Positions 11,858 to 25,010 of a stretch of DNA of 64,000 nt are shown here, piece after piece (the stretch's first letter is position 1; the number at the start of each line of letters is the position of its first letter). The DNA lies in assembly GCF_963921235.1 (NCBI RefSeq), contig NC_086097.1, forward strand, positions 46,626,001 through 46,690,000, given 5' to 3'. Source of the DNA: Mobula hypostoma (Eukaryota). The notes beneath the pieces are model-generated. The model saw nothing but the letters and a program-made list of their open reading frames with translations. It was not told the DNA's origin and ran no database searches. Both the position numbers and the translations under genes were made by a program.

Positions 11858-12868
11858 TAATGATGTACACCATGCACGTACTTTTACATATAACCTGTAA
11901 TGAACTATGAAAACAACAAGGAATGCTTAATCTAACAACATATTTACAATATTACTCAAATATTAAGGACAAGATGAGGGTCCCCATTGGTCAGAGTTGA
12001 CCATGGATTTTGTATCCTAGCTGTCTAGAAACTCAAGACTGAGCAGCACAATATGGGGAGCAAGCTGTTGCACATGTAGCAAGCATCCCCTCTCCACGCA
12101 TCTGACGAACCCAAAGGAACGCTAGAGACCGATACAGTTTGGTATCAGCAGTATCGCAGGAGTTACCGGTCAGCATTGAACTCAATGTAGGACTGCCTTA
12201 GGGACTCCAGCACTAGATTTTCCTTCAGGGTTTACTCCCAAAGCCTTCCTCACGAGTGGGTGTAGCCGTAAGGCAGCGGCGGTTTGAGATCAGAGTTTTC
12301 CTTCTCCTAGATGAGCTGCCAACCATGCCTGACGAGCCCCATCTGCCTGAAGCGACTGGTTTTAAGATGTCAGTAAGCCACCCTTGCCCCTTCTCCTGTC
12401 AGTCGTGTAACGCACTGTAAGGTTTCACTGCTAATGTAATGGTTTCTCTGCAGCAGCAATGTTTGGGTTATGACTAGAGATAATGGGGTTTTCCAATGAG
12501 GGGGATGCTGTTCTTTCTTGTGGGACTGGGAGCAGGGATTTTGCGGTCTTTTGCCAGGGAGAGATAAGACACGAACGGACAGAGTTGGTAGACCAATAGA
12601 CAGAGTGGGTTTGGAGCGAGAGTCCGAAGGTCAGCGACAATCAGAGGAGGTTGATGGTGGACGAACGGCCTTATCAGTGAGCTCCAACGTTGCACATTAG
12701 ACTGTTTCATGAGAATGGGCCCTTTTCTTTTTTTTGTTTATTTACTAACCATATAGTCAAATTAAGAATTATAAAGCTCAATCGTTCAATCGCATATAAT
12801 GTACTGTTTGTTATTTCATGGTACTGATCATCATCGAGTCCTGAAGCCCCTGTGCGTCCTCAATAGTA

Positions 12869-13412
12869 GTGGCCCAGAAGAAGAATGGGAAGGTACAGAT
12901 GTGTGTGGACTATAGGACCCTGAACAGGTGCACCATCCCTGACCAGTGTACTGTCCCGAGGATTGAAGATGCACTGGCCTGCCTGAACAGTGCAAAGTGG
13001 TTCAGTGTGCTGGATTTGAGGAGTAGATATTACTGGATCCCCATGAGTGAGGCTGACATAGAGAAGACAACATTTATATGTCCCCTGGAATTTTTCCAGT
13101 TCGAGACGATGCCCCAGAGTATCTCGGGAGCCCTTGCAACCTTCCAGCAGGTCATGGAGAAGATGGTGGGAGATATGAACTTGCTTGAGGTATTAGTGTA
13201 TCTGGATCTCATAGTATTTGGATCCACCTTGGAAGAACATGAAGCGAGGCTGCTGAAAGTGCTGGGCTGCCTAAAAGCTGAAGGGTTAAAACTTTCCCTG
13301 GACAAGTGCCAGTTCTGCCAAATGTCTGTTAGCTATGTTGGGGACATAGTCTCATGCGATGGAGTAGCAACAGATCCAGCTAAGATTGAGGCAGTAACCA
13401 GTTGGCCAAGAC
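12869..13412 (+). pseudogene. Gypsy A reverse transcriptase fragment
   Basis: MCVDYRTLN, FSVLDLRS, KTTF, MPQ, LVYLD-LIVF (one catalytic Asp of YLDD lost), DPAKIEAV..WPR. Confidence 0.9.
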
Positions 13413-15506
13413 GACTGGGTAACTGAGTGGCACAGGGAAAGAATGTTTCAATCGTCCTAGGCGCCGCCAGATCACTGTCTTTCCTTGCCCTCTCCCCCTC
13501 CCTCACCTGATCACCGTCTTTCCTCTCCCTCTCCCCCTCTCTCAATAACCATGGAGGAGCCTATGCAAGTGGGGTGCATGCACCTGTCTCAGGAGGAACG
13601 AGAGCGGTGCCGGAGAACCGGTTCCTGCCTCTATTGTGGTGATCCAGGACACTTCTGGGTGGCATGTTCCAAGTGTACAGTAAAAGACAATACCCCCAGC
13701 AGGGAGGGGAATCCTGACGGGTCAGTTCTCTCTTCAGTCAGTTTCCCTAATTCTGTAATGCTCGCAGCTTCCTTGTCGTGGAGGTCTCAGACACATGAAC
13801 TTAAGGCATTTATTGACTCCGGTGCAGCCAGGAATCTTACGGACATCCGGGAATTCAACGGACTCAAGAGTTTATAATGAGACAATTTTGGTGGCCATCT
13901 ATGTCACAGGATGTCCACGACTTAGTATCTGCCTGTCCCACCTGCGCTAGGAACAAGACATCACGCCAGCGTCCTGCGGGTCTGTTATGTCCACTGCCTG
14001 TGCCCCACTGTCCCTGGTCCCACCTCTCAGTAGATTTCATCACTGGTCTGCCCCCGTCTAATGGAAACACCACCATTTTGGTCGTTATGGATCAATTTTC
14101 CAAGGCTGCTCACTTCATTGCCCACCCCAAGCTTCCATCGGCTCGCGAGACTGCCACACTCAGGGTTCAACATGTATTCAGGCTCTATGGCTTTCCTCAA
14201 GACATAGTGTCCGATCGTGGACCACAGTTCACTTCCCGCTTTTGGAAGGCTTTCTGCTCTCTTGTAGGAGCCATGGCCAGCCTTTTGTCTGGCTTCTACC
14301 CACAATCTAATGGCCAGACTGAGAGAGTGAACCAGGAGTTGGAGACAACCCTGCGCTGTCTTGCCTCTTCCAACCCCACATCCTGGAGCTCCCAATTGGT
14401 TTGGGCAAAGATCGCCCACAATAACCTCCAGTTGTTCCCCACCGGTATGTCTCCCTTTGAATGCCAGAAGGGATTCCAGCCCCTGCTCTACCCTGATCAG
14501 GAGGTTGACCTAGGAGTTCCTGCTGCTGAACAGCTGATCCAGCGCTACAAATGCACCTGGAGACGATCCAGGGCTTCTCTGCTGCGTGCCCAGAAACAAC
14601 ATTCCCAGCAGGCTGATCAGCTCTGTTGACAGGTAAGGCCATTTAAGCCAGGAGAGGAGGTCTGGTTGGCATCAAGGGATCTTCCCCCAAAAGTCGAGAA
14701 CCGGAAATTGGTACCGCGATACTTGGGACCATTTGTAGTGGAAAAGGCTGTCAACGAGGTGTCCTATAGATTGCATCTATCAGCATCACTGAAGATCCAC
14801 CCAGTATTCCATGTTTCCCAGCTCAAGCCGATTACTACCTCTCCCCTAGCCCCAGTCACCCCACCTCCCCCTCCTCCCCGCCTGGTAGATGGTTCCCTTG
14901 TCTATACTGTGCGGCACCTTCTGGCATCTCACCGGGTACGTGGTAAGGTCCAGTACCTTGTGGACTGGGAAGGTTTACTTGGATCCTGCAAAGGACATCT
15001 TGGACAAGTCATTGATCCGGGACTTCCAGCAGATACAGGTCTGTGGTGCCTCAGGGGCTGTGCCTAGCGAGGAGGGCCCTGTCACAACCACAGATTCGGC
15101 AGCGCAGTAGATACGGCAATTACGCTTGTGAATTTGCATGTGTCTGCTAATTATTATTTAATCATGGTAGTATTTAACTCCATACTTGTTGTCATAGTGC
15201 TTGTCGAGACTTGGACAGAGCATAGCAACGCTTCGCTGCCTGTTTTGCATTCGGCCTTCCCTGAGCTATCGGACTGCAAGTCAATTGTCTCTGAAGACTA
15301 GTGATATTTGTTTAATGCTTAGATGTTCTTTTCAGCCGCAGTGTAGGCTCCGTGTTCCTTTTGAGAGTTTTAGTTAACGGCCCTGATTGGCCGAGCATTT
15401 ATTGTTTTACTTTCCCTTTAACACTGTTGGTATTAAAGTCTGCAAACTATCGACCTGCTTCAGTATCTCTCACTCCGCACTTGGACCATATCCGAACTTG
15501 GTAACA
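13413..15506 (+). mobile_element. Chromovirus-type Gypsy ('family B', sushi-like) copy 1: gag end, protease, integrase, chromodomain, PPT, 3' LTR
   Basis: CCHC knuckle CLYCGDPGHFWVAC, FIDSGA protease, integrase DFITGLP / VSDRGPQF / NGQTERVN, chromodomain YTVRHLL...[13 protein letters not shown]...CA 15080-15506; RT-RNaseH deleted near 13845. Confidence 0.92.
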
Positions 15507-16257
15507 GTGGGGCTATCCGATGAGATGGATGTTGTTCTTTCTTGTGGGTCTGGGAGCAGGGATTTCGCGGTCTTTTGCCAGGGAGAGATGAGGGGAGAAA
15601 ACACGAATGGATAGAGTTGGTAGACCACCGGATGGAGTGGACTTGGAGCGAGGGTCCGAAGGTCAATGATGATCGGAGTAGGTCAATGGTGGAAGACCGG
15701 CTTATCAGTGAGCTCCGACGTTACGCAATAGACTGTTTCATGAGAATGGGCCTTTTTCTTTTTTTTGTTTCTTTACTAACCATATAGTCAAATTAAGAAT
15801 TATAAAGCTCAATCATTTAATTGCATATTGTGTACTCTTTGTTACTTCATGGTACTGATTTGTAACAGCGGACACATCGCACAGCATCCACCCAAACAAG
15901 ATTTCTTAAGTTTGGCCGGGCCGAGGGCTGTCCTCCCCTTGATTAAGCCATGAGCCGAACCGAGAGTTACAGTAGAAATGGTTCTGCTGGGCTTAGTATC
16001 TAAGCCACGTGTGAAGGCCAGTAGCTGGCCTTGGCTGTCAGAGGCCATTTGAGGCTCATGCCATTGGGGGCATTTAATAGTTAGTGGGAGTTTGTCCCCA
16101 TTATCACACCCCACCCGGCTATAACCAAAGACCAATACAGGTATTACTGAAATATTAAATACCCAATACTCCTATCTCAAACAAGAGATTTTGTGTATGT
16201 TACACAACACTCCTCCCTGCTTAGCTATAAACTCCAACTCAATATAGAATGCATCTC

Positions 16258-16373
16258 AACTCATATAGATATATACACTGTATACTCTATGTACACAGTA
16301 TACTCTATGACATCTATGTATACTCTATGTACACAGTATACTCATATAGATACAGTACACAGTATACTCTATA
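16258..16373. repeat. Imperfect minisatellite, unit about TATACTCTATGTACACAG, in the Gypsy C 3' UTR
   Basis: Repeated tatactctatgtacacag variants read directly. Confidence 0.8.
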
Positions 16374-16948
16374 ATGCAAGTGTTATACAAACATCCACAG
16401 CAGAGTAAATTTTAAATTGTCCCTTCCAGGCTTAAGGGTCCAATCACTGTGGAGGATTTCTTACTCTTGTGGGATAACATCTTTCCTGACAGGGAGGGGG
16501 ATAGGGGGTCACTCTGCTTGAGGCTGTGAAACAATCTCAGGTTCTGGGGTTTCCTCCATGGTGGTTGTAGGAGTTGACTTTGAGACTTCAGGAAGTGGTT
16601 CTGACTGCTCTGGACACCTCTAACAATTGACTCTGCTCTCCTCAACTCAAAGTGTTGTCTCTAAATTACATCAGCCACTGTCTCCACTGTGTAGGAAACT
16701 GGTCCAATTCTGTCCTTAATCTTTGTCAGTATCCTCTATTAATCACCTCTGTAGTTCCTCGCCAGGACTGCTTGTCCAGGAGTAAAACATTGAACCTCCT
16801 CGTTTGAGGAGAACTCAATTTGTTTCAACTGTTTGCCCTGCATACTCCTTCTGAGATTGGGTTTGAACAGATCCATGTGTGAGCGCAAGGGATGGCCCAG
16901 GAACACCATGACTGGTGAGGTGTTGGTTGTGGTGGGTGCTGCATTGTG

Positions 16949-17303
16949 ATAGAACCATAGAACCATAGAACATTACAGCACAGAAACAGGCCTTTTGGCC
17001 CTTCTTGGCTGTGCTGAACCATTTTTCTGCCTAGTCCCACTGACCTGCACCTGGACCATATCCTTCCATACACCTCTCACCTACGTACCTCAACATAACA
17101 TTCCAACTATTATACTCAATACTTTGATTTATAAAGGCCAATGTACCAAAAGCTCTCTTTACGACCCTACCCACCTGTGACACCATTTTTAGGGAATTTT
17201 GTATCTGTACTGCACTCCTCAGCGCCCTACCATTTACCTTGTATGTTCTACCTTGGTTTGTCCTTCCAAAGTGCAATACCTCACACTTGTCTGTATTAAA
17301 CTG
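16949..17303 (-). mobile_element. Short internally deleted CR1 inside Gypsy C integrase
   Basis: (ATAGAACC)n tail; KCEVLHFGRTN motif; 3' end nearly identical to 24209-24335. Confidence 0.85.
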
Positions 17304-17474
17304 ATGTGCAAGAAGGAAATTGGCAAGTTTCTGATTTAGTGTCAGTGAACGCTGTCCTGTTCTGCTGACATTGCACACAGTGCATTTTTAGAATCTGGCC
17401 AAACCTTACCACCAACCCATTTGTAACTGGGTTGTACGGTGCAGATGTAATATGCCTTATTCCATTCATCTGGA

Positions 17475-18395
17475 AGAGGGGACCAAATGTAATGTATCTA
17501 AGTTTGCTGATGACACTAAATTGAATGGAAAAGCAAATTGTGGAGAAGATATGGAGAGTCTGCAGAGAGATTTAGATAGGTTAAGTGAGTGAGCAAGTAT
17601 CTGGCAGATGGAGTACAATGTTGGTAAATGCACTTTGGAAGGAAAAATGAAAGAGCAGATTATTATTTAAATGATAAAAAAAAATGCAGCATGCTGTTGT
17701 GCAGAGGGACTTGGGAGTGCTTGTGCATGAATCACAAAATGTTCGTTTGCAGGTCCAGCAGGCTACCAAGAAGGCAAATGTTGGCCTTTATTGTGAGAGG
17801 GATTGAATTCAAGAGCAGGGAGGTTATGCTGCAACTATACAGGGTACTGGTGAGGCCGCACCTGGAGTACTGCGTGCAGTAATGGTCTCCTAACTTGAAG
17901 AAGGATATACTGGCTTTGGAGGCAGTGCAGAGGAAATTCACCAGGTTGATTCCAGAGATGAGGGGGTTAGACTATGAGGAGAGATTGAATCGCCTGGGAC
18001 TGTACTTGCTGGAATTCAGAAAAATAATCTTACAGGAGATCGTATAGAAACATATAAAATTATGAAGGGGATAGATAAGATAGAGGCAGAAAAGTTGTTT
18101 CCACTGGTAGGTGAGACTAGAACTAGGGGACATAGCCTCAAAATTCAGGGGAGTAGATTTAGGACAGAGATGAAGAGGAACTGCTTTTCCATAGAGTGGT
18201 GAAAGTGTGGAATTCTCTGCCCAGTGACAAAGTTGGATAGATTTTTACATAGTAGGGGAGTTAAAGGTTATGAGGAAAAGGTAGGTAGGTGGAGATGAGT
18301 CTGTGGCCGGATCAGCCATGATCTTATTGAATGGTGGAGCAGGCTCAATGGGCCAGATGGCCAACGCCTGCTTCTATTTCTTATGTTTTTATGTT
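17475..18395 (+). mobile_element. 5'-truncated CR1 inside Gypsy C
   Basis: SKFADDTKL, LVRPHLEYCVQ motifs; tail ttcttatgtttttatgttt. Confidence 0.88.
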
Positions 18396-19855
18396 TACCT
18401 GAGACAGTGTGGGGTCTTTTCTGGTTTCCTTTGGATCAGCCCTGGCATAATTGGGAGACTTCCAATTTGCATTAGGGAGATCATGTCAAGAGGAGCGTCC
18501 TCTTTTGTAAAGTTTTTAGGTTTTCCCTTTTCCATGTATAAACGGAACAATCCATCAGCATTTCTATAATTAGTTGTCCTCTTGAATTTGATCTTGTAAT
18601 TGTGTCCTCCCAGAAACAGAGCCCATCGCTGCATTCGAGCTGCTGCTGTTAGTGAAACACCCTCCTGTGGATTGAAAATGGACACTATTGGTTGATGAGC
18701 AGTAATGAAGTACTGGTTGAAATGTTTTATAGCCCAATCCAGACTCAAGGTCTCGCTGTCAATCTGTGCATAATTTTTTCTCTGCAGCAGTCAGGAACAT
18801 GATTCAATGTCTATGTGGCGTTCACTTTCATCACTCATGACATGTGACATGACTTGCACCTAAAGTGAGGTGTTACTGGCAAACTTTACTGAACGATGTG
18901 GACCATTGTGTGTGACGACAGTATCTGACTTCATCTTTTCCTTTAGTTTTTTGAAAGTCACCTTACAGTGCTTTGTCCATTACCATTTCTTCCCGATCTG
19001 TAGTAATGAGTTCAAGGGGTGAAGCACAGTAGCCAGGTTTAGCAGGAACCGTTTGTAGTAATTGACAAATCCTAAAAAGGACTGCAATTGTGACACGTCT
19101 TTTGGCCACCACTGCTTGAATTTTCTCAGCACACTTGTGTAATGCTTGTGAGTCAATAGCGTCACCAAGTAAGCGATTCTTGCTTTAAAGAATTCACACT
19201 TACCGTATCATGCTCTGCACCCATATTATTTCAACACCGTTCTGAGATTTCAGAGATGTTCCTTGTCATCCATAACAGTACAAATTACCAGTAACAATTA
19301 AGCATATTACAGCAATAAAGCCCTTGGTGAGTGTTTATGGTGAAAAAAATTTTGGACTTCTCTTCCATCTCCATCTGTAAGCAGGTCCACTTTGTAGGTC
19401 TCAGCTAAGTCCACTTTGCTGAAGTATCTCCCTCTAGAAAGGTTTACAAAGATAACCTCCACCCTGAGCAGAGCCTATTGTGCTACTTTCAGCACTGGGT
19501 TGATGGTGACCTTAAAATCACCACAAATCCTGACAGGCCCATCCTTCTTGGCTACTGGGACCACTGGCGTCATCCATGGGCTCCACTCTAACTTCAAAAG
19601 AATTTATTCGGCCTCCATGCGACCTAGCTCACTGGCTATCTTATCACAGATGGACAGACTTTGTAAACCAATATTGTGGCATTTTCATTTATTATTCAAA
19701 TATACCTTTGAGTTTTCCCATGCATCCTTGAACACTGCTGTGGCATCATCCAGTACCTTTCTTAACTTGCTTTCTGACTATTAGAACATAGAACTTAGAA
19801 CATAGAATCGTACAGCACAGTACAGGCCCTTTGGCCCACAATGTTGTGCCGACCC

Positions 19856-22650
19856 TCAAACCCTGCCTCCCACATAAGCCCCCACCTTAAATTCCTCCAT
19901 ATACCTGTCTAGCAGTCTCTTAAACTTCACTAGTGTATCTGCCTCCACCACTGACTCAGGCAGTGCATTCCACGCATGAACCACTCTCCAAGTAAAAAAC
20001 CTTCCTCTAATATCCCCCTTGAACTTCCCACCCCTTACCTTAAAGCCATGTCCTCTTGTATTGAGCAGTGGTGCCCTGGGGAAGAGGCGCTGGCTATCCA
20101 CTCTATCTATTCGTCTTACTATCTTGTACACCTCTATCATGTCTCCTCTCATCCTCCTTCTCTCTAAAGAGCAAAGCCCTAGCTCCCTTAATCTCTTATC
20201 ATAATGCATACTCTCTAAACCAGGCAGCATCCTGGTAAATCTCCTCTGAACCCTTTCCAATGCTTCCACATCCTTCCTATAGTGAGGTGACCAGAAATGG
20301 ACACAGTACTCCAAGTGTGGCCTAACCAGAGTTTTATAGAGCTGCATCATTACATCGTGACTCTTAAACTCTATCCCTCGACTTATGAAAGCTAACACGC
20401 CATAAGCTTTCTTAACTACCCTATCCACCTGTGAGGCAACTTTCAGGGATCTGTGGACATGTACCCTGAGATCCCTCTGCTCCTCCACACTACCAAGTAC
20501 CCTGCCATTTTCTTTGTACTCTGCCTCGGAGTTTGTCCTTCCAAAGTGTACCACCTCACACTTCTCCGGGTTGAACTCCATCTGCCACTTCTCAGCCCAC
20601 TCCTGCATCCTATCAATGTCTCTCTGCAATCTTTGACAATCCTCTACACTATCTACAACACCACCAACCTTTGTGTCGTCTGAAAAATTGCCAACCCACC
20701 CTTCTACCCCCACATCCAGGTCTTTAATAAAAATCACGAAAAGTAGAGGTCCCAGAACAGATCCTTGTGGACACCACTAGTCACAATCCTCCAATCTGAA
20801 TGTACTCCCTCCACCACGACCCTCTGCCTTCTGCAGGCAAGCCAATTCTGAATCCACCTGGCCAAACTTCCCTGGATCCCATGCCTTCTGACTTTCTGAA
20901 TAAAACTACCGTGTGGAACCTTGTCAAAAGCCTTACTAAAATCCATATAGATCACATCCACTGCACTACCCTCATCTATATGCCTGGTCACCTCCTCAAA
21001 GAACTCTATCAGACTTGTTAGACACGATCTGCCCTTTACAAAGTCAGGCTGACTGTCCCTGATCAGACCATGATTCTCTAAATGCCCAGAGATCCTGTCT
21101 CTAAGAATCTTTTCCAACAGCTTTCCCACCACAGACGTAAGGCTCACTGGTCTATAATTACGCGGACTATCCCTACTACCTTTTTTGAATAAGGGGACAA
21201 TTTTCGCCTCCCTCCAGTCCTCCGGTACCATTCCCGTGGACAACGAGGACATAAAGATCCTAGCCAGAGGCTCAGCAATCTCTTGCCTCACCTCGTGGAG
21301 CAGCCTGGGGAATATTCCATCAGGCCCCGGGGACTTATCCGTCCTAATGTATTTTAACAACTCCAACACCTCCTCTCCCTTAATATCAACATGCTCCAGA
21401 ACATCAACCTCACGTATATTGTCCTCACCATCATCAAGTTCCCTCTCATTGGTGAATACCGAAGAGAAGTATTCATTGAGGACCTCGCTCACTTCCACAG
21501 CCTCCAGGCACATCTTCCCACCTTTATCTCTAATCGGTCCTACCTTCACTCCTATCATCCTCTTTTTCTTCACATAATTGAAGAATGCCTTGGGGTTTTC
21601 CTTTACCCTACTCGCCAAGGCCTTCTTGTGCCCTCTTCTTGCTCTTCTCAGCCCCTTCTTAAGCTCCTTTCTTGCTTCCCTATATTCCTCAATAGACCCA
21701 TCTGATCCTTGCTTCCTAAACCTCATGTGTGCTGCCTTCTTCTACCTGACTAGATTCTCCACCTCACTGGTCACCCATGGTTCCTTCACCCTACCATTCT
21801 TTATCTTCCTCACCGGGACAAACTTATCCCTAACATCCTGCAAGAGATCTCTAAACATCAACCACATGTCCATAGTACATTTCCCTGCAAAAACATCATC
21901 CCAATTCACACCCGCAAGTTCTAGCCTTATAGCCTCATGATTTGCCCTTCCCCAATTAAACATTTTCCTGTCGTCTCTGATTCTATCCTTTTCCATGATA
22001 ATGCTAAAGGCCAGGGAGCAGTGGTCACTGTCCCACAGATGCTCACCCACTGAGAGATCTGTGACCTGACCTGGTTCATTACATAGTACTAGATCTAGTA
22101 TGGCATTCCCCCTAGTCAGCCTGTCCACATACTGTGACAGGAATCCATCCTGGACACACTTAACAAACTCTGCCCCATCTAAACCCTTGGAACTAATCAG
22201 GTGCCAATCAATATCGGGGAAGTTAAAGTCACCCATAACAACCCTGTTATTTTTGCACCTTTCCAAAATCTGCCTCCCAATCTGCTCCTCGGTATCTCTG
22301 CTGCTACCAGTGAGCCTATAGAATACCCCGAATAGAGTAACTGCTCCCTTCCTGTTCCTGACTTCCACCCAAACTGACTCAAAAGAGGATCCTGCTACAT
22401 TACCCACCCTTTCTGTAGCTGTAATAGTATCCCTGATCAGTAATGCCACCCCTCCTCCCCTTCTCCCCCCGCCCCATCCCTTTTAAAGCACTGAAATCCA
22501 GGAATATTGAGAATCCATTCCTGCCCTGGTGCCAGCCAAGTCTCTGTAATGGCCACTACATCATAATTCCATGTATGTATCCAAGCTCTCAGTTCATCAC
22601 CTTTGTTCCTGATGCTTCTTGCATTGAGGTACACGACCTTTAGCCCTTTT
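19856..22650 (-). pseudogene. CR1 ORF2 (APE endonuclease + RT), frameshifted into four pieces
   Basis: YLNARSI, AITETWL, MGDFN, SDH (APE); KSPGPDGI, NYRPVSLTS, DFSKAFDKV, NFSDDTK (RT; canonical KFADD altered). Confidence 0.93.
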
Positions 22651-22864
22651 ATCTGACTGTCTTTACACCGTTCATTCTGCTTCTCTTTCCTCAAAGCCTC
22701 TCTATATGTTAGATCTGGCTTTACTCCATGCATTTCTTTCACTGCTCTATCGCTCTGGGTCCCATCCTCCTTGCAAATTAGTTTAAACCCTCCCAAACAA
22801 TGCTAGCAAACCTACCTGCAAGGATATTGCTACCCCTCGAGTTCAGGTGCAACCTGTACAATCT

Positions 22865-23712
22865 CTACAGGTCCCATATTCCCCAGAAGAGATCCCAATG
22901 ATCCAAAAATCTAAAACCCTGCTCCCTGCACCAACTCCTCAGCCCCGCATTCAACTGCCATCTCCTCCAATTCTTACTATCACTGTCACGTAGCACTGGC
23001 AGCAATCCTGAGAACGCCACCCTTGAGGTCCTGTTCTTCAGCCTTCTGCCTAGTTCCCGATACTCACACTTCAGGACCTCATCCCTCTTCCTGCTTATGT
23101 CGTTGGTCCCTACATGTATCACGACTTCTGGTTGCTTTCCCTCTCGTACCAGGATGTCGTGCACCCGGTCAGAGACATCCCGGACCCTGGCACCTGAGAG
23201 GCAACAAACCATGCGGGTGTCCTTCTCACGTCCACAAATTCTCCTCTCTGCTCCCCTGACTACAGAGTCTCCAATGACGTCAGCTCTCCTCTTCTCCGTC
23301 CCACCCTTCTGCACCACAGGGTCAGACTCAGTGCCGGAGGCCCTGCCACCATGGCTCACAGCTGGTCGGTCGTCCCCTTCAACAGTATCCAGGATGGTAA
23401 ACTTATTATTCAGGGGAATGGCTACAGGGGTGCTCTGCACTACCTGTCTGCTCACCTTTGCTTTCCCCCCCTCTGACTGTCACCCAATGACCTGCTTCTG
23501 ACAGCCTAGGTGTGACTACCTCCCTGTAGCTCTCATCTATGACTGCCTCATTCTCACTTATGAGTCGAAGGTCATCCAGCTGCTGCTCCAGATTACTTAC
23601 ATGGTCTGCCCAGCTGTATGCACTTCTGGCAGATGTGACTCTGCGGGAGAGGGGCGTTCCCCCAAGACTGCCACATCTCACATGAGAGGCACATCACCGT
23701 CTCAGGAGGCAT
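22865..23712 (-). pseudogene. CR1 ORF1: zinc finger/leucine zipper + SGNH esterase-like domain
   Basis: CLSC...CQKC, LEQQLDDLRL, VIGDSVVRG, CLSGARV, IHVGTND motifs. Confidence 0.9.
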
Positions 23713-23979
23713 TGTAAAGACTAATTGTGAACAAGCTTGTCCTCCGCCTCTTCTTGTCAAAGCCTCTCGAGTCAAAACCTCAAAGCTCCACTCCTTCACT
23801 GGCCCACTCACTCACTGGCCGCTTTTATTGCAGGAATGGGTCTCAGACAATCAAGACCCAACAACGGTAGTCCTCCTATTTTCACCCAATGTGGCTTGCT
23901 GATTGTTATATTTCACTGTTATGGATGTCATTCCCACTGGTATTATCTTTTAACCAGTATAAGTTTTTAGTTGGATATC

Positions 23980-25010
23980 TCAAAGATTCAAAGGATTCAA
24001 ACCACATTTATTATCAAGGAATGTATAAATTATACCTTAAAATTTGACTGCTTACAAGCAGCCACAAAGCAAAAGACCCAAATAAACCAGTAAAAAAAAG
24101 ATCAAAAATCACTGCGCAAAGAAAGAGAGGAAAGAAACACACACATCATGCAAACAACAGAAGCAAGACGGCAACATCCCGAACCAACTCAGTCCCAGAT
24201 CTGCTCCTGAACCATAGAACCATAGAACATTACAGCTCAGAAACAGGCCTTTTGGCCCTTCTTGGGTGTGCTGAACCATTTTTCTGCCTAGTCCCACTGA
24301 CCTGCACCTGGACCATATCCCTCCACACACCTCTCATCCATGTACCTGTCCAAGTTTTTCTTAAATGTTAAAAGTGAGCCCGCATTTACCGCTTCATCTG
24401 GCAGCTCATTCCCCACTCCCACCACTCTCTGTGTGAAGAAGCACCCCCCAATGTTTCCTTTAAACTTTCCCCTCTTCACCCTTAACCCATGTCCTTTGGT
24501 TTTTTTTCTCCCCTAGCCTCAGTGGAAAAAGCCTGCTTGCATTCACTCTATCGATACCCATCATATTTTTATATACCTCTATCAAATCTCCCCTCATTCG
24601 TCTACGCTCCAGGGAATAAAGTCTGGAGTGGGCCCAAACCCTCGGTCTCCAGTTCATCACAGCAGCAGAGCAGGAACTCACAGCACCATATCAGTTCAAG
24701 GCCTCGGTGTCACAGAGAAAGGAATAAACATTTGTGGGAGAGTGAGCAAAATCAGCCCGACTCGCGGGCTTCCGGACTATCTGGACTAACGTTTATATTG
24801 TCCAAGCACTGAGTAGTGTCACGTTCTAGGACATGGATCTCGGTACCCGGATACACTTGGGCCACCCAGCCTGAAGCCATTCACGATCTCACCAAATAAA
24901 CTCGGAGTTTGCAGCAATCCAGCCTCGCACCTGGGTTCGGTGGATCAGCATTGAAACTCTTCCCCCATCGACTCCTCTCCAAATTGACTACTCCATCTCC
25001 GACAGTGATA
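23980..25010 (-). mobile_element. ORF-less non-autonomous retroposon with LINE-type tail, containing a CR1 3' end (about 24209-24622)
   Basis: Reverse tail caaagattcaaaggattcaaa...tttattatc; GC/CpG-richer body 24625-25010; inner CR1 with (ATAGAACC)n tail and LYSLERRRMRGDLIEVYK. Confidence 0.6.

Larger units (their letters stand above)
12406..15971 (+). mobile_element. Ty3/Gypsy 'family A' element, internally deleted (truncated 5' LTR, RT fragment, truncated 3' LTR)
   Basis: TGTAAC...GTTACA ends; 4-bp TSD GTCG/GTAG; LTR homology 12490-12828 vs 15507-15860 and with solo LTRs at 49070 and 51541. Confidence 0.88.
11973..16126 (-). mobile_element. ORF-less RTE-like non-autonomous retroposon (about 0.6 kb), split by the Gypsy A insertion
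   Basis: 11973-12405 joins 15972-16126 across a GTCG/GTAG TSD; contains catctaggagaaggaaaactctgatctcaaacc, which I recall from RTE-clade 5' UTRs. Confidence 0.55.
19783..23825 (-). mobile_element. Near full-length CR1 LINE (ORF1 + ORF2), few frameshifts
   Basis: Contiguous ORFs from 23811 to 19856; tail (TTCTATG)n at 19783-19807; Gypsy C host resumes at 23826; possible TATT TSD. Confidence 0.95.

Noticed and set aside
13485..15067. Domesticated sushi-derived gene (PEG10/RTL1-like)
   Set aside because: Has stops, frameshifts, an internal deletion, an attached LTR and a second decayed copy at 56-60 kb: ordinary dead retrotransposon
16258..16373. CRISPR-like array
   Set aside because: Tandem degenerate units with no unique spacers, eukaryotic context, no cas genes
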